Positions 61,956 to 64,000 of a stretch of 64,000 bases of DNA are shown here, piece by piece. Below the pieces are notes generated by a model. That model worked only from the letters and a program-made list of their open reading frames with translations, made no database searches and was not told where the DNA came from. The stretch is from the NCBI RefSeq assembly GCF_006345805.1, contig NC_043009.1, forward strand, positions 36,828,001 to 36,892,000, read 5' to 3'. This stretch comes from Octopus sinensis (lineage: Eukaryota). How positions within the stretch are numbered: the first letter of the stretch is position 1; every line of letters starts with the position of its first letter. A program made the translations under genes and the position numbers.

Positions 61956-62515
61956 CATTGAAGCGCAAAAGAAACGCGGTTTTTTCAAATGTCATTTTTA
62001 TTCAGTAAATTCTGAAAATTTATTTAGGAGATGTAATTGTAAATATTACATTACATGCTGGTGTATGGCTGAGATCCAAATTGCAGGTAACCTTTCAACT
62101 TGCCCCGAAACGAGATGTCAAAACGCAGCTGCGTTGTATGTCGTGGGTGGCGGTCGCAAACAATTGTCGTGAAAACCGAAATGCACGTGCATCCCGAAGA
62201 GGTGCATTATAGGTATTATTATCAACTTGAACCGCGTTTCTGGCATTCGTAATTTGGATGCATCAGGTATGACCCGATTGTCAACAGCGCAGAGAGAACA
62301 AGCTATCGGCCGGTTGCAAGCAGGGCAGCGTGACCTGGTTGTTGCGGACAACTCGTGTGGAACTGGAGATAGCTTTACTCAGGGTGTGGGCACAGGTGCC
62401 AATGGCTTTTGTGGACCGCTTCGTGCACTCCATGTACCGACGGTGTATGGCCGTTTTAAACACTCAGAGAGGGCATACACAATATTGAACGCCCTCCAAT
62501 CTCGATGTGGTTGAT
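61956..62515 (+). mobile_element. Internally deleted Tc1-like element
   Basis: ta|cattgaagcgcaaaagaaacg possible left end; MTRLSTAQREQAIGRLQAGQ N-terminus fused to RVWAQVPMAFVDRFVHSMYRRCMAVLNTQRGHTQY* C-terminus; right TIR not found. Confidence 0.7.
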
Positions 62516-62599
62516 CCGCCCACTAACAGAACATATGACAACGACCCATACACTGTGGTTAACCTACATCCAAGAAATTGACTTTATCAGATTCATCAA

Positions 62600-63590
62600 A
62601 ATTCATCACTGATTTATTGTATTCAGATGACTGTGGCATAATAACCCATTCAGTCAGAGACGTGCAGCACCTAATATTTAAAATTAGCTAACAATAACTT
62701 TAGATAAAACTGTTGTCATGTTTCAACCAGCTTCCAGACATTGTCCTTCAAAACAGAAAACCGAATGATGTAGATAGATTTACATATCTTAGAAGTGTGC
62801 TGAATCGTGTTTCTTCTTTAGATCATAAAATAGCGGACCGTTTTCAAAAAGGATCTCAGTTTTTCAAGAGTCTTGAAGAGCGAGTTTGGTCTAATAGAGA
62901 TATTACCAAAAGTACAAAGGTTGCAGTGTACAGAACTTGTGTACTTTCATCCCTTCTTTATTCATATGAGACACGAGTGGTACAGAGGAAGCACCTCAAA
63001 TTACTAGAACGATTTCATCAGCGATTATTGCGCTCTATACTGAAAGTCAAATGCGCGAACAAAGAACCAGATTCTGAAATATTTGAGTGTGGCGGTGGGA
63101 ATAGCATTGAAATTGAAAGTCACTGACACTGGCTTTGCCAAATTGGTTTTTGATAAGGGAACCTAATCAACGTATGCCCAAACGACTGCCATTTGTTCAG
63201 ATAAAAGGAGCAAAGACATCACAGTGTAAACCAAAATAGCGTTTCAAAGATGAAATAAGTAGCTCTCTAAAGAGCTTCAATATGATGCATGCTAACGGGA
63301 AGGGTGATGTAACGGACCGACCAAAATGGAGGAGAAAATCTGAGAGCGTGCTGCCTTGTTCAAGGGTAATAAGCAGAAGCATGCACTGATAAAGGAAAGG
63401 ATTTGCTATTGGCCAATGATTGTTCCTCACTAACTTGTAATACCTGCAACTGTATTTGTCTCTTCCCAAAGCGGAAGCATGTATATGTCTTCTACTGACT
63501 TTTCACAATTACAGTCAGCTGAATTAGATTGCTGTGTTTGCAAAGAAATCTGCAGAAGTAAATCTGGATAAACAAAGCACAAAAAATGTC
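62600..63590 (+). mobile_element. RTE-clade LINE 3' fragment
   Basis: YSDDCGIITHS; FTYLRS...ERVWSNRDITKSTKVAVYRTCVLSSLLYSYETR...LERFHQRLLRSIL; RMPKRL...RFKD; terminal CCVCKEICRSKSG*TKH. Confidence 0.9.
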
Positions 63591-63662
63591 ACGGCAATTT
63601 CCAGCAGTCTTTACAGTGAAGTCAAGCATTTTCACGTCGTCTGTGTAATACAATTTTGTAAA

Positions 63663-64000
63663 GGAGGCGCAATGGCCCAGTGGTTAGGGCAGCGGACTCG
63701 CGGTCATAGGATCGCGGTTTCGATTTCCAGACTGGGCGTTGTGAGTGTTTATTGAGCGAAAACACCTAAAAAAGCTCCACGAGGCTCCGGCAGGAGATGG
63801 TGGTGATCCCCGCTGTACTCTTTCACCACAACTTTCTCTCACTCTTACTTCCTGTTTCTGCTGTACCTGTATTTCAAAGGGCTAGCTTTGTCACTCTCTG
63901 TGTCACGCTGAATATCCCCGAGAACTACGTTAAGGGTGCACGTATCTGTGGAGTGCTCAGCCACTTACACGTTAATTTCACGAGCAGCCTGTTCCGTTGA
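63663..64000 (+). mobile_element. SINE, head A plus tail X (cut by window end)
   Basis: ggaggcgcaatggcccagtggttagggcagcggac head; matches the reverse complement of 36456-36842. Confidence 0.9.

Noticed and set aside
63663-63735. tRNA-like sequences here and at 36770-36842, 57195-57268 and 8690-8750
   Set aside because: They continue directly into SINE bodies and lack a proper acceptor stem, so they are SINE heads, not tRNA genes

Overview
AT-rich, microsatellite-dense eukaryotic DNA, most likely non-coding (intergenic or intronic) sequence of a coleoid cephalopod such as Octopus; this is inferred from the SINE families and repeat content, not from a database search. Most ORFs in the supplied track are microsatellite artefacts. 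No recognisable host gene was found. The window is a mosaic of mobile elements: several tRNA-derived SINE families, Tc1/mariner relics including one full-length decayed Tc1, three non-autonomous Helitron families, hAT-type elements, a ~1-kb LTR element with PBS and PPT, and LINE fragments (Penelope, RTE, CR1/L2, Ingi/Vingi-like, and one with an R4-type restriction-like endonuclease). The most notable observations are: (i) five distinct small type-I hammerhead ribozyme motifs, two with intact cores (44758-44800, 45332-45385), one loop-III-less core variant that could fold only as a dimer (19715-19756), and two decayed; (ii) SINE concatemers of ~184-186-bp B-box-only units with the same junction at three loci, one bounded by a target-site duplication; (iii) SINE head/tail swapping; (iv) two recent short duplications copied from one 1.25-kb donor next to a Tc1; (v) an indel-free 27-bp minisatellite whose units carry splice-donor-like and acceptor-like motifs; (vi) an unassigned ~161-aa ORF with a signal-peptide-like N-terminus (50149-49664, minus). 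All family names come from motif recognition by eye and need confirming by search.
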